Positions 49,416 to 62,542 of a stretch of DNA of 64,000 bases are shown in pieces. Both the position numbers and the translations under genes were made by a program. Under the pieces are notes generated by a model. The model was not told the DNA's origin, ran no database searches, and was given only the letters and a program-made list of their open reading frames with translations. The stretch is taken from positions 5,309,909 through 5,373,908 of the forward strand of contig CM074804.1 of the NCBI GenBank assembly GCA_037447605.1, in the 5' to 3' direction. Within the stretch, counting starts at the first letter, position 1. Each line of letters starts with the position of its first letter. Source of the stretch: Zygnema circumcarinatum SAG 698-1b (taxonomy: Eukaryota; Plantae; Zygnematophyceae).

Positions 49416-49999
49416 CGCGACGTGCCTCACATCGGTGACCTTCGCGGCTGCTTCTAGGGATGCGTTGTTGCGCCTAGGCGTAGTTTTTCGCTCTTAGCTT
49501 TTATCTTTTGTGTCTAGGTCCTTTGCGGCCAGTCCCTCGTGGTTCCATATGCTACTTTTGTTCATGTACATTTGATGGCCTCGCCATCGTGAGTTCAATG
49601 CGATTCCTTTCGTATAAGTCATTGACAGCATCAGTGCTCGGTGGCTTCCTTCTCCAGCCAACCGATTGGCGTTCCTGTCATAGTCCTCGTCCTCCGTCCT
49701 CGTCCTCCGGTTGGATGAGGTGTACGAAAGATAGGATTCGACGGCTTTCTCTATCGGTGTATACTCAGTAGTGCTAGCTTATTTGACAGAGTACAAAAGG
49801 GGAAAATTTCATTGAACTCACGATGGCGAGGCCATCAAACGTTTTTTTCATGGACACAAACATGATGTGGAACCACGAGGGACTGGTCGCAAAGGACATA
49901 AGCACAATAGAAAGAAGATAAGAGCGGAAAACTGCGCCTAGGCACAACAACGCAGCCCTCGAAGCAGCCGCGAAAGTCACCGATGTGAGGCACATCGCG
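49416..49999. repeat. Long inverted repeat (arms of about 195-200 bp at 49416-49610 and 49800-49999, spacer about 190 bp), MITE/foldback-like
   Basis: CGCGACGTGCCTCACATCGGTGACCTTCGCGGCTGC...GATGGCCTCGCCATCGTGAGTTCAATG is mirrored by CATTGAACTCACGATGGCGAGGCCATC...GCAGCCGCGAAAGTCACCGATGTGAGGCACATCGCG. A related partial arm lies at about 45690-45790. Confidence 0.85.
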
Positions 50000-51084
50000 T
50001 AAGGCAAAAGGCAAAAGGCAAAAGGCGAAAGGTATTTCTTGTGATTTGTTATAGATGTTAGATATGTACATAGCAGACACTTTGCCGAGTCAGAGGCGGG
50101 CTGTAAGCTCTGCCCTTTATAGCCTGAGGTTGTAGAGTGAGCTCGATTTCTTACTCCTATCCACAATAAAACAAATTAAGGGAAAGTGCTGAGTGTGCGA
50201 TAATCAATGTTAAAGGAAATTGCTATTTCTCAACAGATTGACCTCGTTTTCATGTACGACTGGATGAGGTGGCAGTTTGGGAGTGGTCGACTTTGTTCTC
50301 CAAAAATGCATTCTGATTGTATGAGTGACAAGAGGGCGAATCAATGGTCAAGAGGCTTCAAAGACTCTGAGAAGGACCCTCATCTAAAAAAGTGGATTGT
50401 CTGTACACAAGAACTTCACCTAAGGGGGGGATGAAGAGGAAGAGAGGACGTTCCAAAGAAACTTCGGCCAAGAAATTTCTGACATTCTCTTGGGGTATCA
50501 GGATATTCACTCTGTCAACATGTAAAGCACATCCCTGGGCTCAAAACTTGACAGCAACCAAACCAACCAAAACGCGAAATGAGTAACAAATCCAGGAAAC
50601 TAAGAAGCGCTAAAAACGTCGACAGAGATAGAAGTGCGTGGAACCGAATCAGTACCCCACCGTATTGCTTTTAAACAAAGAAGCGCCACAACCTCTTAGC
50701 ATAATTGTACATATCCTCCTACGCAGCAACGCCGAACTCGGAAGATGCTTTAATCAAGACAGGGAACTGAATTGACATATACAAATTATCTCAAACATAC
50801 GACTAAAAAGAGTACCTAAGAGAACAAATTTACAGAATGTCATACTACGTGCTACCACCCTGCAGGTATCTGCTCTTATTCCAGAAAAATCCTTCAAGCA
50901 ATTTGTAAGGGCCCGTAGCCTTATTCGTTACAAATGGGTTAGAGGAGTTTCCTCGTTATGAATTCTCGAGAGATGCCTGATGCTCACATATAGTGATTGG
51001 AACAATACAATACAATACTACAATATAGCTAGAAAAAAAGTACAAATTACAAATTACAAATTGACGTAGGAAAACCGAAGCCAA

Positions 51085-54000
51085 TTAGAGGGGCGCAGGT
51101 AAGCAGGTGAGGGCTTCCCTGCTCCCCGTCATCTGAAAGTCAAAAAACGCATTCGCGATGGAAGACTGCGCGCGGTGCAGTTCCACCGCCACCACATTGG
51201 CGCCGGGCTTCAACCACCCGCCGGTCAGGGGCACAGCTCTGTAGGACCAGTCTCCGCCAAACCACGCAAATGTGTCCGCTGTGATTGGGTCCGACATGCT
51301 CATCCGAAAGGCCTCGACCCCATTGATGTACAAAACCTGCCGACAGCAACGTTACAAGGTCATTTTCTGCATCATGAAAATGGTTCGAAACAGAGGAAAG
51401 GCAATGTTTCGCTCTAACTCGTGGCTGCAGTCGCCTGAAGGCACCTGGTCTACTGTTAAAACAGGCAGGTTTGCCGACTCTACACATCAGTCGGCCTATA
51501 GTAGAACAAGACTGGCAGAAAAGTCTGCATGCAGTTAGGAGGGAAATCTGCATGGACATACATGGACAAGAGTGTTGGTCAGTAAAGTCAAAGGCAGTGA
51601 CATACCGCTCCATCATTGGCTAGCAACCGGCCAGCCAGGGAGAAGTAACATCGCGCATCGGGAACGTCCAATGTTTTGCGGAAGTAGAGGGTGCGCTGCG
51701 GGTCGCTCGTGTTCTGACCGCGGTTCAGATACTTTCGGATCAGCCATTGTGGCCCCACGCCGAGAGGGGCCATGCCTGCAGAAAATTTCACGGATCTCTC
51801 GATAAGCGGAAGCTAACGTGCAGTCTCCAAAACATTTAAGGAAAGACCTCCGATCGCATTGGTTTGCTAATCAGAAGAGTGTTCATGAACAGCTCATTAA
51901 GATGGCAGCTGGAACTAAGACAAGGCCATTGCAGAAATAACCAGCAAGGGGCTGACCTGTAGGCCAGGACGAGGCATTAAAGCTTGGCATCATCCAGTTG
52001 GCAGCCGGCAGGGGGAGGGTAGCGTCCGAATATTGCCAGATGGAGTTTGCCTGCACAGTTGCTTATATGAAACTTCAGCCTAACGTGGCTCAAAGGCAGC
52101 CTTTCAACAGAAGCAACAGGTAGAAATCTAGCAGACATTTAACTGAAAAAAGGACAACAATACGGAGACCACAGCCCTTGACCAGTTTCAATCGCCTCCA
52201 CACTCTGCGCGATGAAAGCTCAAAAGCGAACTGTGGGGTCTCTAGAAACATCTAGAATACATGAAGTCTCTCGGCTTACTCCCAGACGCATCACATTTCA
52301 CTGGAAAGCCCACCAGCCTTATCTGCAGTGAGGCTCACCACGAGGAGCGGCTGAGTGGTCTGCCGTACACACTCTCCTGCGGCGCACGGCTGTTTGACCA
52401 TTCGGAAAAGGTCCATGTCAAAGGCCGCCTGCTTCTCATATATCCAGGCAAGATGGACCTCTGCGGCTATCCAGTTGACCCCCGCCTGCCAGCAGCCCCC
52501 CAAACAATCAAGCAGTGAATTCCCGACCCCAAGTCTGCAAATGAATCCAATTGACCGGAAAAAGCCTCAAAGTTACCCACTAGAAGCAGAATGTCTACTC
52601 TACATCGGACTCTACTCTTTCTTGCCTCTGTCTGCATTCTTTATTAAAAACGCCAAGGACAAAAGTGATAATGTCAGTATGAAGATGGCTACCTTGAGAG
52701 GCGAAGAGGTATTGCGGAAGCACGCGGTGCAGCGGTTGTAGGTCCACTGCAGGTTGCAGCAGTCCGAGCCGGGCGAGCTGGCGGCATCCTGCGTGGGGAT
52801 GGCAGCCGTTGTGGTGTGGGCGAGGGGGCCCCAAGGGAGGTTTTGGCGCTCCAACTCCACGCCGTTCAGATAGACAACGGCACCGTCTACCCTTCGAATG
52901 CTGAAGTCTGAAGAAGCAACAGGGATAAGTGATGAGTTAAGATTCATTTGCTCATGCGCATGTGCAGCTCCACTGCATTCAGGAAGATACGCACGGCTGA
53001 TAGCCGTCTGACGCTGAAGTTCGTGGAAAGAGGATGACAAGTAGAGCAATGTAAGATTATAAAAGAATGTGATGCGCAGGTGCAGCAACAGGTTTACAGC
53101 CGAAGAAAAGCGAGTTGCATGCACTTTAAGGCTCGTCATGCTTCGGTTGACAGTCGTACCTAAGCTGTATGTGTCGTTCAGTTCTGTCTGTGTCAGGTTG
53201 AAAGATTTGAGGAAATAAGCAGTCGCCGACTTTCCACCAGCTCCAAAGTTATTTATAGTGGTCTTTGCCCAGTCCCATGCAGGAACGTAGTAGTTGAAAC
53301 CAAGTGGAGCCTGCCCGACGCTCCACTGTTTTGCACTAGTCCTGCACACCAAGCAGCGAAAACCGCAAATTAGTTCGTGGGTTTCTACCCGAAACACTTG
53401 ATCGACGTAGGCCCTTCGTTACGAAGCGTTTCCAGACCTTGTCAGAAAGCGAAGACTGCCGACAGATGAGTTCCCTTACCCCATCCTCCATGTGGGGTCG
53501 ATCGCATTCAGGTCATTGCCGCTGTCATTGTACGCCCAGTTGGAGGCGTTCCGTGGCCACACCTGCGTGGACGCCGTGGCATTCTGTACGGGCAGGCACC
53601 TCCCTGCATAGCACGCCTGCTCCGCGGGGCAGTCGAGCTGCGCGGCCCCGTTGTCGACCAGCCCGTCGCAGTTGTCGTCTATCAGGTTGCACCTGCAAAC
53701 CGGAACCGCCGTACAGTTAGAGTACAGCGATGCAGACAAGCTCAAGGCTTCAACTGTTCCGGAGAGACCGAAGGTGCTGCAACTTCAAAAGTCGGCTGCT
53801 GGTAAGAAGCACGGGCCTGCCTTGAGGGCTCACCTTTCAGCGGTTGGCATGCGCATGCTGCAAACGAACTGCCCCCCGACACATGTGGCGGTGCCGTTGC
53901 CGCAGGGGGTGCTGCAAGGCCGAGTCAGGGGTCTGCCATTGAGGCCCTCGTCCACTTTGCCTGCCCATTCACAGGACAATAGAGGAGGTCAGAAAAAGCG

Positions 54001-57000
54001 ATTCAAGAAAGGTTGCTAACATTTTCTGCAGGACTCAGGATACTGCTCTGTTCACATATCCATGACCTGCAAGAGCAAAAACTGAAAGAGATTTGGAGCG
54101 GAATCAACGAAAAACTGAATCTGGCGAAAACAGGCAAAACGAACCAAACCTGGTTTGCCCACTACACAATAATCTAACTGGATTTCTTACCACAAGGCTT
54201 AGCCAAGAAACTGTTCCAAAGGTTGTGAAACTCACCATTGAAGTTGTTGTCAAGTCCATCACACACTTCGGGTGAAATCAGGGCGCCAGAGCATGAACTC
54301 CTGTACATCAAAAAAAAAAAAAAAAATCGTGTACCCTCTTTCAGCTTCTTTCTGGTATGCTGGTTCTCCAAAAGGGTCTGATGCTAGTTAAGCGAGAATT
54401 GAGGCTCTGGTGGCCGCTCGAGGGGCAAAATAACGCAAATGGAATGGAGTAGTCTGAGGTCATATTCCAGTAAATTATAGCAAGAATTTCTAATACGCGC
54501 TGATTGTTCAGGCTACAGAGTTAGATGAAAGAATGCCGTTCGAATCAAGGTTATCTGTATAATATACCTGCGAATAGCAGAAACCCTCATATCCATCGCC
54601 AGCTGATAAGCCCACGTCACATTTACGTGTTGCTGCACCGAGATCGAATTAGTTCCTTCTACCAGGTTGTATAGATTTCCAGGGCCTGGCAGAGGGAAAG
54701 TGAAAGTCTGCCACGTAAATGCCGGTGTGAACACCGTCGCCTGCAACGAGAGAACCATAGCAAAATTAGTCATCTAGAGCTGACAGAAAGTGAGGAGACG
54801 TGCTTCGTTAAGATACATTTTTCTGGGATGTGGGGCGATGAGAGAAACGGTTGTGAGAGCAGAGTACTAATGCTGAAGTTTCTGCCAATGTTGCAGCAGC
54901 CGTACTGCATGATTTCCACGACAGGCTTGCAATGCAGGATGCGTTATGTATCAGAGTTTGCACTGCAAGCGAGAGAAAACCCACAAGCGTGGAGTTGGTG
55001 ATCGGGCCTGCAGGCATATTGGAGCGCCCGCCGGGCAGCTCTTGACCGTTGAGATAGAGAACAATGCCATCTTGTACAATGACGTCGATCCGCAAAGCCG
55101 TGTAGCACTTTGAGGACTTGATTCCGAAGCTGCGCCGATAGTAGTACGCCACGCGGCTTGCACTCGGCCTCTGAACAGTCGTGACGATGTAATCGCTTCC
55201 CCCTGCACATTCATGCCACCGCTTGCGAGTGCCGCCTTTAGAGCTGCGAGCAAACCCTAATGTACTCAACAGGGTTAACGGGGGTCATTCTGGACTGATG
55301 CACTCAACTGACATTAATGCAAATGCAGCGCAGGAGCAGCATAGCCCTACTACTACTACTACTCACAGGACGTGTAGCCCAGCGGTGCCGCTCCCGTCTG
55401 CCACTGCGAGGCGGAGGCGTCCCCGAGCAGGAGAGGCGCGCGGAGGAGCGCCGCCCCGCTGTCGAGCCCGCTGTCGTCGTATAGCCAGCCGGAGGGGCCG
55501 CCGCCATAGCCAGACCCGCTCCACAGCACCGCGCACGCAGCTCTGCAACCACAAATAGCGGGGGGAGGGAGGGTCAGGTTCCATGCGCGCAGCTCCACGG
55601 CCTGTCGAACTGCCGCCGCACAGGACCGTGGGAGCTGCAATAGGCGTACGGATGGACCGGCCGATCTGTGCCGTATTCGCGGGCGGTGCCGATTGGATGG
55701 ACCGAATCGGCACCGCCACGTGGCGGGGCCTCTGCGGCTCCGGGCGGGCGGGGGATGCTACGCGACAAACGGGGGGGAGGGGGGCAGGGCGGGCGGGGCT
55801 CACGGTGGCGTGGGGCAGAGCGAGGAAGGCGCGGGGAGGAGGGCGAGGTCGCCTGCGGAGGGGGCCATGGCGACCTCCAGCCATGGCGCGGCCTGGCCGA
55901 GGCAAAGAGGGCCGTACGTGGTGCTCGTGCTGGCCGGCGGGGACACGCCCGAGTCGGGGCATTGCCTGAGAATGGTGCACAAGCGGGCGGGTTAGAAAAC
56001 GCGAACACAAACATGGAATGGCAAGATACTACTTACTAGCAGCAATAACAGGTCTATGAATTGCTCGAAGAGAAAATAAAATGTGTAGGTTTTCTACCCT
56101 TGTCTTTTTTAATTCATTGACCTTTGCAAGACGTTGAAGCCTAGAGAGAGCGCCAATAGCTACCAAATGGCCAGCAGGCAAGCAAGAGGCCGAGCCTTAC
56201 TTGAGGAACACGGTGTCAGAGTCGGCCAGAGTCCAGGGGACGCCGGCCGCGGGGGGGAAGCGCAGGGTGAGGCCCTGCCCGCATCCGCCGCCGTCCTTGT
56301 AGCGCACTGTCAAGCTGGAGGGAGAGAACCCTGTCTGGTTTCTCCCAGGAACGAAGGTGATGCTGTACGTCTGGCCAGCAAGTAGCGTCATGTGGAAGAA
56401 GCGTTGCGAGGTATCCACTTGGGCGTACACGAAGAACTGGTTCAAATTGCCAAACAAAGAAAGGGATTGTCTGTCGCTGCTGCGCGTCACTACAATTGAG
56501 CTGCACAACCGCGCAAGGAAAGGGATTGTTAGGATGCTTAAATCCCTGGACCATCTGCATCCGTTGCATCATTTAAGAATCTGTTTTTATTGGATCGTCA
56601 TCTCCGGCGCATTAATATGTTTCCATTGACTATCTGATAACTTTCTGTCAAGATCCAATACGTGCCTGAAATCGCCAGGAGTATTATTTGCTGCAGCCCA
56701 GCCAGCTTCAAATCCTGGCTCAAGATAGCTGATCTGGATGGTGCGATAGCAAGTCCCAATGCAGCCGTAGGCATTCCACTTCGCGTTGTACGTGCAGTTT
56801 CTTCGGTTTGGCGGCAAAATCTTCGTGTTGTTCGTCACAACATAGCCAGGAGCTCCGATGATGCTTCCATCGGTGTCCCACAGAGTGTAAAACTGCGACT
56901 GCTCGCCTCCATCCTGAATGTCGTTCCAGGGCTGAAGAAGGCCACGACATGAGAGACTCGTCAGATGCCTAAGACGCGATATCTTTAGCTGGTTTATGTG

Positions 57001-60000
57001 TGCCTTGACGTGCCTTATAGAGACATGACTAATTTGAACATATTTTCGTGTTAACTGCAGTGTCACGAATAATGAACACTTACATTGTACATGGCAAATC
57101 TTGGTGCACTAAATATTCTGTTTGTGTTGGGAGCGAACTTGAGTTTCTGTCGACATGGCAAGACAGGCGACATGTTGAAGTTAGTAACCGATGATAAACA
57201 AGCTTGCAGATTTTCGTTCAACCCCTGTGCAGGTCCACAGCAGCAAATAGTGGACTGGGCTTCCCTCGTGGCCTTTCATTCTAAACTGCCGCCTGTCCCA
57301 AAGAAAAGCAAGTTGCGGAAAAGGCTCAGTTCCAGCAAATGACTGGGGCCAGTGTAATACCTGGATGCTTTGGCTGGGATTCCAAAGATCTCCCAGGCCG
57401 ACCATAGCTATGGCAGCCGCATTGTTGCAGGTTGGCGTATAGTTGGCAAAGCTGCAAGGAACATGTGCAATAAACTCCTTCAGATTGCCAAACCTTCAAC
57501 CACAAAATAACTTTTGGAAACCTTGTGAGATCAGCCAATGAAATGTAGCATTTCCTCGGTATCCAATCAAAGTGCGGGCCCCACCTGGTAGAGACAATCT
57601 GCACGGGCCTGGCCCCCGAGTCGCTTCGGTTGCCCTGATCTATGAGCACCCCGAAGGTGGACGCCGTCCGAACAGCATTTCCCACTGACCGCGCGAGGCG
57701 AGTTGACGCCACAGGCATGCTGCGCAGAGGCGATCAGAAGAGGGCATTGCGGTCAGCGTAAGGAGCATCGGCGTCTTAGTAAAGTCAGACAGACATTGAC
57801 GGAGTCGTTTTGGTTCTCGTCCATGCCATGCAACACTCGTTTGAACGTGGTTTCGGATGAGAATACGTACGTGCAACCAACAATGGGCTTGCAGTTAGTC
57901 CATATGTCGGTGCGGAAGCACTGCGAAGGGTTCCCGAAGTTGTTCGTGAGACCCACCAGACGCGAGTTCTGAAGTATGGTGCTTTCATCCTGATTGAGCA
58001 TGATCCCCCAAGTGTTGTCTGCGAAAGTAGCCGAGTCGATGACGAGCTGATCGGTGTTGTGAGAAAACACTCTGCACCACCCCCCCCGCAAGTATCCGTT
58101 TAGCGATCAATGTTCAAAAGCTACCACGCGACATTCTCCAAAAAATCGATTGCATGGTTTTGGGGCTGCAGAGTCGTGACATACCCAGACCACGAGTTTT
58201 TGTACACGATGAGGCCCGATATGATGCCAGTCGCCACAGACTGCCAGGACATGCCACAAAGAGGTCAGGATGACGGTCCACTAAGAGCGCCCAACATTCA
58301 AACTTCACCACCTCCAAAGCACATTACGGGGTCAATGGAATGCTAGTAACGAGTGCAGCTCCGGTAGACGAGTCAGGACTTACGCCGTCGGCGTTGCGCG
58401 GGCGTGATCCATGCGGGTACGTCCTCAGGCCAAACGCTGAAAAAAAAAAAAAGTTTCCATGACGGCCAAACCCAACAGCAATGCTTTAGAGATATGTCCG
58501 CCGAATGAGCTTTTTGAAGAGCTTGATTGAACGCACCCCACCATTCTTGTAAGCTGGGAGATTGGAGAGGACTGCAGGACTCACCTTTATTGCTATGCGC
58601 CACATTCCCCGAATGCTCACCCCAACGCGTGTGGAAGGGCACAGTAGTATTCACTCCGGGAATGTTGAGGGACATCCCGCGGACTCGTGCTCGCAGCTCA
58701 ATCCAGAACCTGCCCAAAAGAAGAGCACCAATGTTGAGCTCTATATTCGGCTCATACAAACGTGCAGTCATGCTGCGAGTACGTAGAAGCGATGGGAGAG
58801 ACAGTCCACTCCAAATCACTTAAGCGAATTGCAAAAAAAGCTGCTTACCCCGAGTGCTCCGACCCTGTAGCTCTGTTCCTGATGAAGTCGTTTGAAGAAT
58901 TTACAATCCAAAAGGTGGATGGTTCGTTGTCGGTCTCGTCGGAGGTTGTAGGGTTTGCACTTGACGGAATTCTCTTCGTGACTGCGTTGCGGATAGCCGC
59001 CATTCAGACAGAAAGCAGCTGACGTCAGGCACCATGAGGCTCTCATGGCCAGTCAGCAGCATGACCCTCAAGAGGTTTTCTGTATATCTTCTGAGAGCAC
59101 GATTGAAAGAATCCTTCGGAAATCGGCAGGGTCATGCAAGCCAACTCTCCTGCCACTTTTTGCAATAAATTATTCGTAAGGCTCACCTGCGTTTGTGACA
59201 ATGCCGATGTTTTCAATGAAGGTGTTGTTAACCTCGCTTCCCTCCTGCAATGAAGAAGATTGGGAAGCAAAAAACCTCAGTTGAGGCGATATATTGCAAC
59301 CCGGTGGTGATTGGTGAGACACAGAGCATTGGTGAAGCATTCTTTACCTCCAACATGAAGCAATGGCCTTGGGTTTTGTACGCCACGTTGTTGGAAACAG
59401 TGATGTTGTGGGAAGCGTGGACGACGATGCACCTCTGCAGAAACGCACTCAGACTTAGACTCAGGGGTGCAACGTAAATTTGACAATTCATTGATTCTCG
59501 CATCTCCCACATGTAGCTCTAAAGCATTCGATCTCTCTCACCTGTTTGGATTCCAGAATAGTATTTTTGTGGCACACGGTTTCAGGAACGCATCCCACTG
59601 CATGGAAGTGGAGGCTGTACCGCCCCAAGTTGCCCTGCTGCCCCATCTTCCAGAACTGCACACCTTCGATGAACTGGGGACGGTTTGTCATATATATAAT
59701 GAAATGGCCTCCTGCATTACGTTCACAAACCCCGCCAAAAAAGTCAGCGAGCAGTAATTTCTCCACTTTTTTTTTCCTTTCCTCCCTCCCAGCCTCCCAT
59801 GAATGCTGCAGTCCGATCCAGGCCTTCCTTGAGGCGGCCTCAAAGTGCTCCTCCTCCTCCTGCATGCATGCGCATGCACGGAGGAGGAGCAGGATGAGGC
59901 AGCCCCCACCTTCCAGGTCGTAGGGCGCGGCCTCGTCCGTGCCCGTGACGACGATGTTGCGCGAGAGCAGGGCAACCTCCGCGCGCTCGTCCACGAAGCC

Positions 60001-61577
60001 CCCGAAGCCGTCCGAGAGGCCGTCGAGCTGCCCCCAGTGCATGAACCGCAGCGGCTGGTCGAGGGAGAGGATGGCGCCCGAGGAGGTCGAGTTCACTGCT
60101 TCACATCACCGCACATGGTTCCCCGAAACGATTAAGTTTTAATGAAAGAAAAATTCGTCCACCCCACAATGCACATTCATCTCTCTTCGATTCATCAGAT
60201 CGAGCGTTTGAAGTCATTTCCTACAAGTACAAGTGAATGTACAATGAATGAATGGATGAATGTGAGTGCAATGTGAATGTGCAATGTGCAATGTGCAATG
60301 TGAATGTGAGTGCAAGTGTGAATGTACCCGCAGTGATGGTGAACTCTTCCGCCTGATTTCTGTCGTAATCTGTTGACGTCACCACGATCCGCGAGCCCAC
60401 TGGCCAGCTTCCGGCCACGTTGGCAGTTACGAAGATCGTGGTATCGTTCGGCAGAGCAGTTCGGTTGAGCTGGCACCACGTCGGCGTGTTGGACCCCCCC
60501 GGCAGCCCGTGCAGGTGCAGCTGCCCGCCCACCTGCATTCCACAACGTCTCTTGAATTGCATAAATAAAATAGGATTTAAGTAAGTAAACGGGGAGGCGG
60601 TTTCTCAACACAGCCTTTTTTTTTGTTTTTAAAACGTTCATGAGCTTGGAATACTTTCTCAGCCTTACCACGGCGAAGGCCTTGTGCCCGAGGTTACGCG
60701 GATAGAGCGGTTCCGCGGGTGCGAAGCTGGTGAAGAGGAGGGGCGCGCGGTTGTTAGGGTTCGGCGTGAGCTCGAAGGTGAGCTTCTGCGAGAACTGCCG
60801 AGCGGGCGTGCCCGCAGAGAGCTGCCCCTCCACCAGGATGGAGTTCGCCTTCACGTAGATGCTCGGCAGCGAGGGGTGGTCCAGCACCCTGCGCAGCACC
60901 GCACATGCAAAGCGCGCTCAGTCGTGGCACAACATGTGGCGAATGTTTTGCATTGACCAGACCCTAAAGAGGACGCGTGGACTGCATGGCCCGGCCCGGC
61001 CTTACTGGAGGAGGCCCTTGATCTGCAGGCGGCCGAGCTGCACGGCCGGCACGTCGAGGAGAATGGCGACGCCGGGCGGCACGAGCGCGTCGGCACCGAC
61101 GGCCGACCCGACCCCCGGAACAGCGCCGGACGGCCACGTGGAGGCGTTGCTCCACCGCTGGAAGTCTGCGGAGGTCATTCAGTCGGTCAGTCAGGCGGAG
61201 GTGGTCAGCTCAAAGGCGCCATGGCGACATTGGCTGGACGAGCGGGCCTCTTGGTGCCACGTACTGCCACTACTACTGCAGGTCTGCAGGTCTGTCTGGC
61301 AGGCAGGTGTGCCCGAGAGGACAGTTTCGGTGCCAGCTGAGCTGGGATAATCTTAATGCAGAACAGCAAGGAACACATGGAGGGAGGTGCAGTCTGGCTG
61401 GCTGGCTGGCTGACCTTGAGGCTGCGCATCTGTGAGTGCTGCGTACGGGGACACGAAGACGTCTGTCGGCGCTGCGGGCGCGGCCTGCACCCTGCGGCCC
61501 GCGCAGAGAAGCGCAAATAGGAGGAGGTGCGCTAGGAAGCCGGCCCTCCCTCCAGTGCGGACCGCCGCCATGGCCAT
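51085..61577 (-). CDS. G8-domain secreted protein, paralog B, apparently complete, about 30 exons
   Basis: Signal peptide MAMAAVRTGGRAGFLAHLLLFALLCAGRRVQA; FQRWSNASTWPSGAVP; VEGQLSAGT...LGHKAFAVV|GGQLHLHG; GSRIVVTSTDYDRNQAEEF; ERAEVALLSRNI; GVQFWKMGQQGNLGRYSLHFH; RCIVVHASHNITVSNNVAYKTQGHCFMLE; WDTDGSIIGAPG; YYYRRSF...QDGIVLYLNG; EVCDGLDNNFNG; CNLIDDNCDGLVDN; last exon YINGVEAFRM...GANVVAVELHR...FDFQMTG...CLPAPL* ending at 51085. Confidence 0.87.
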
Positions 61578-62351
61578 GGCCGTGGATGGCGCTCTGCTTT
61601 GCCGGAGGGGGTCGAGTGCCCAGCCCACCGCGCCGCCCTTTACTTATGCCCTGCCGCCCCGCCGCCCCCCGCGCCCCTTGGCGCCGCGTGGCAGCGCGAA
61701 GCGGCGCAACCAACCAATGCGCGCCCGCCCGGGAGGATCTCCGGCGGATCGGGGGGCCCACCGGCGCCGCCGCCCGCGCGCCACGTGGCGCAGGAGGCAT
61801 GCGGCGCATCCCATTTGCTGGAGAATCTCGGCCGACATTGATTTGGGCCTGGGAGCCACGTTACATGACGTCACTCTGGATTCTGTTTGACCCCGCGCGG
61901 CATTGAATCCGTCCGCATGTGCGGCGCAGGGCGCGACAGCAGACGCGTGTCGCCTTCTGGGAGAAGAGCGGTCGGTTCGCACGTGCCGCTTGCAGGGAAC
62001 GTTCTTCTGGCGGGGGGAGGGCGGGCGGCCGTACGGCGCGACGGATCGCGGCGGACCGCCGAGGGCAATAATTGGCGATTAAGGACCCGCGCTGACGTCA
62101 GGCTTGCGGGCGGCGCCTTTACGTCAGGGAGGGCCCGCGAAAGTAATTTCTGACGTTTTCTATTTACTTTTGTGGCCGTTCCAAATAGGACCGTTTTTTT
62201 AAAATCAACTTTTAGAACATTTGAGGATGGCGCCACGCAACGTCACGTCACGCCCAGCCGCATGTGCAACGGTTCGACTGAGGCAGGTGGTTTGCGACCA
62301 TACGGACCATTCGTACGGCTCGTACGAGTCATTATCTGATTCCGTACAGAT

Positions 62352-62540
62352 ATAGGAGTGTTATAAAAGTCTCTCGCTCGACTTTTAATCTGTCAGACAC
62401 TTCAAAAAGGTACGAAAAGCGTTACAAAAAAGAAAGTTACGTCAGTACTCCGCTGCACACGGACCGCTATTTCACCGGTGTACTCGTTCTGGTGTAATAC
62501 TTACGAGCGGACATACTGACGATATTGAAGTCTGACCCTA
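62352..62540. mobile_element. Diverged MITE copy abutting the next copy in inverted orientation
   Basis: TGTCAGACACTTCAAAAAGGTACGAAAAGCGTTAC...AGTACTCCGC...GTACTCGTTCTG...GAAGTCTGACCCTA is similar to the reverse complement of 62543-62701. Confidence 0.7.
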
Positions 62541-62542
62541 AT

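Noticed and set aside
50207-50450. ORF ending ELHLRGG followed by a purine run and TG, resembling a copia polypurine tract and 3' LTR start
   Set aside because: There are no recognisable RT or RNase H motifs upstream and no definable LTR end; too weak to call.
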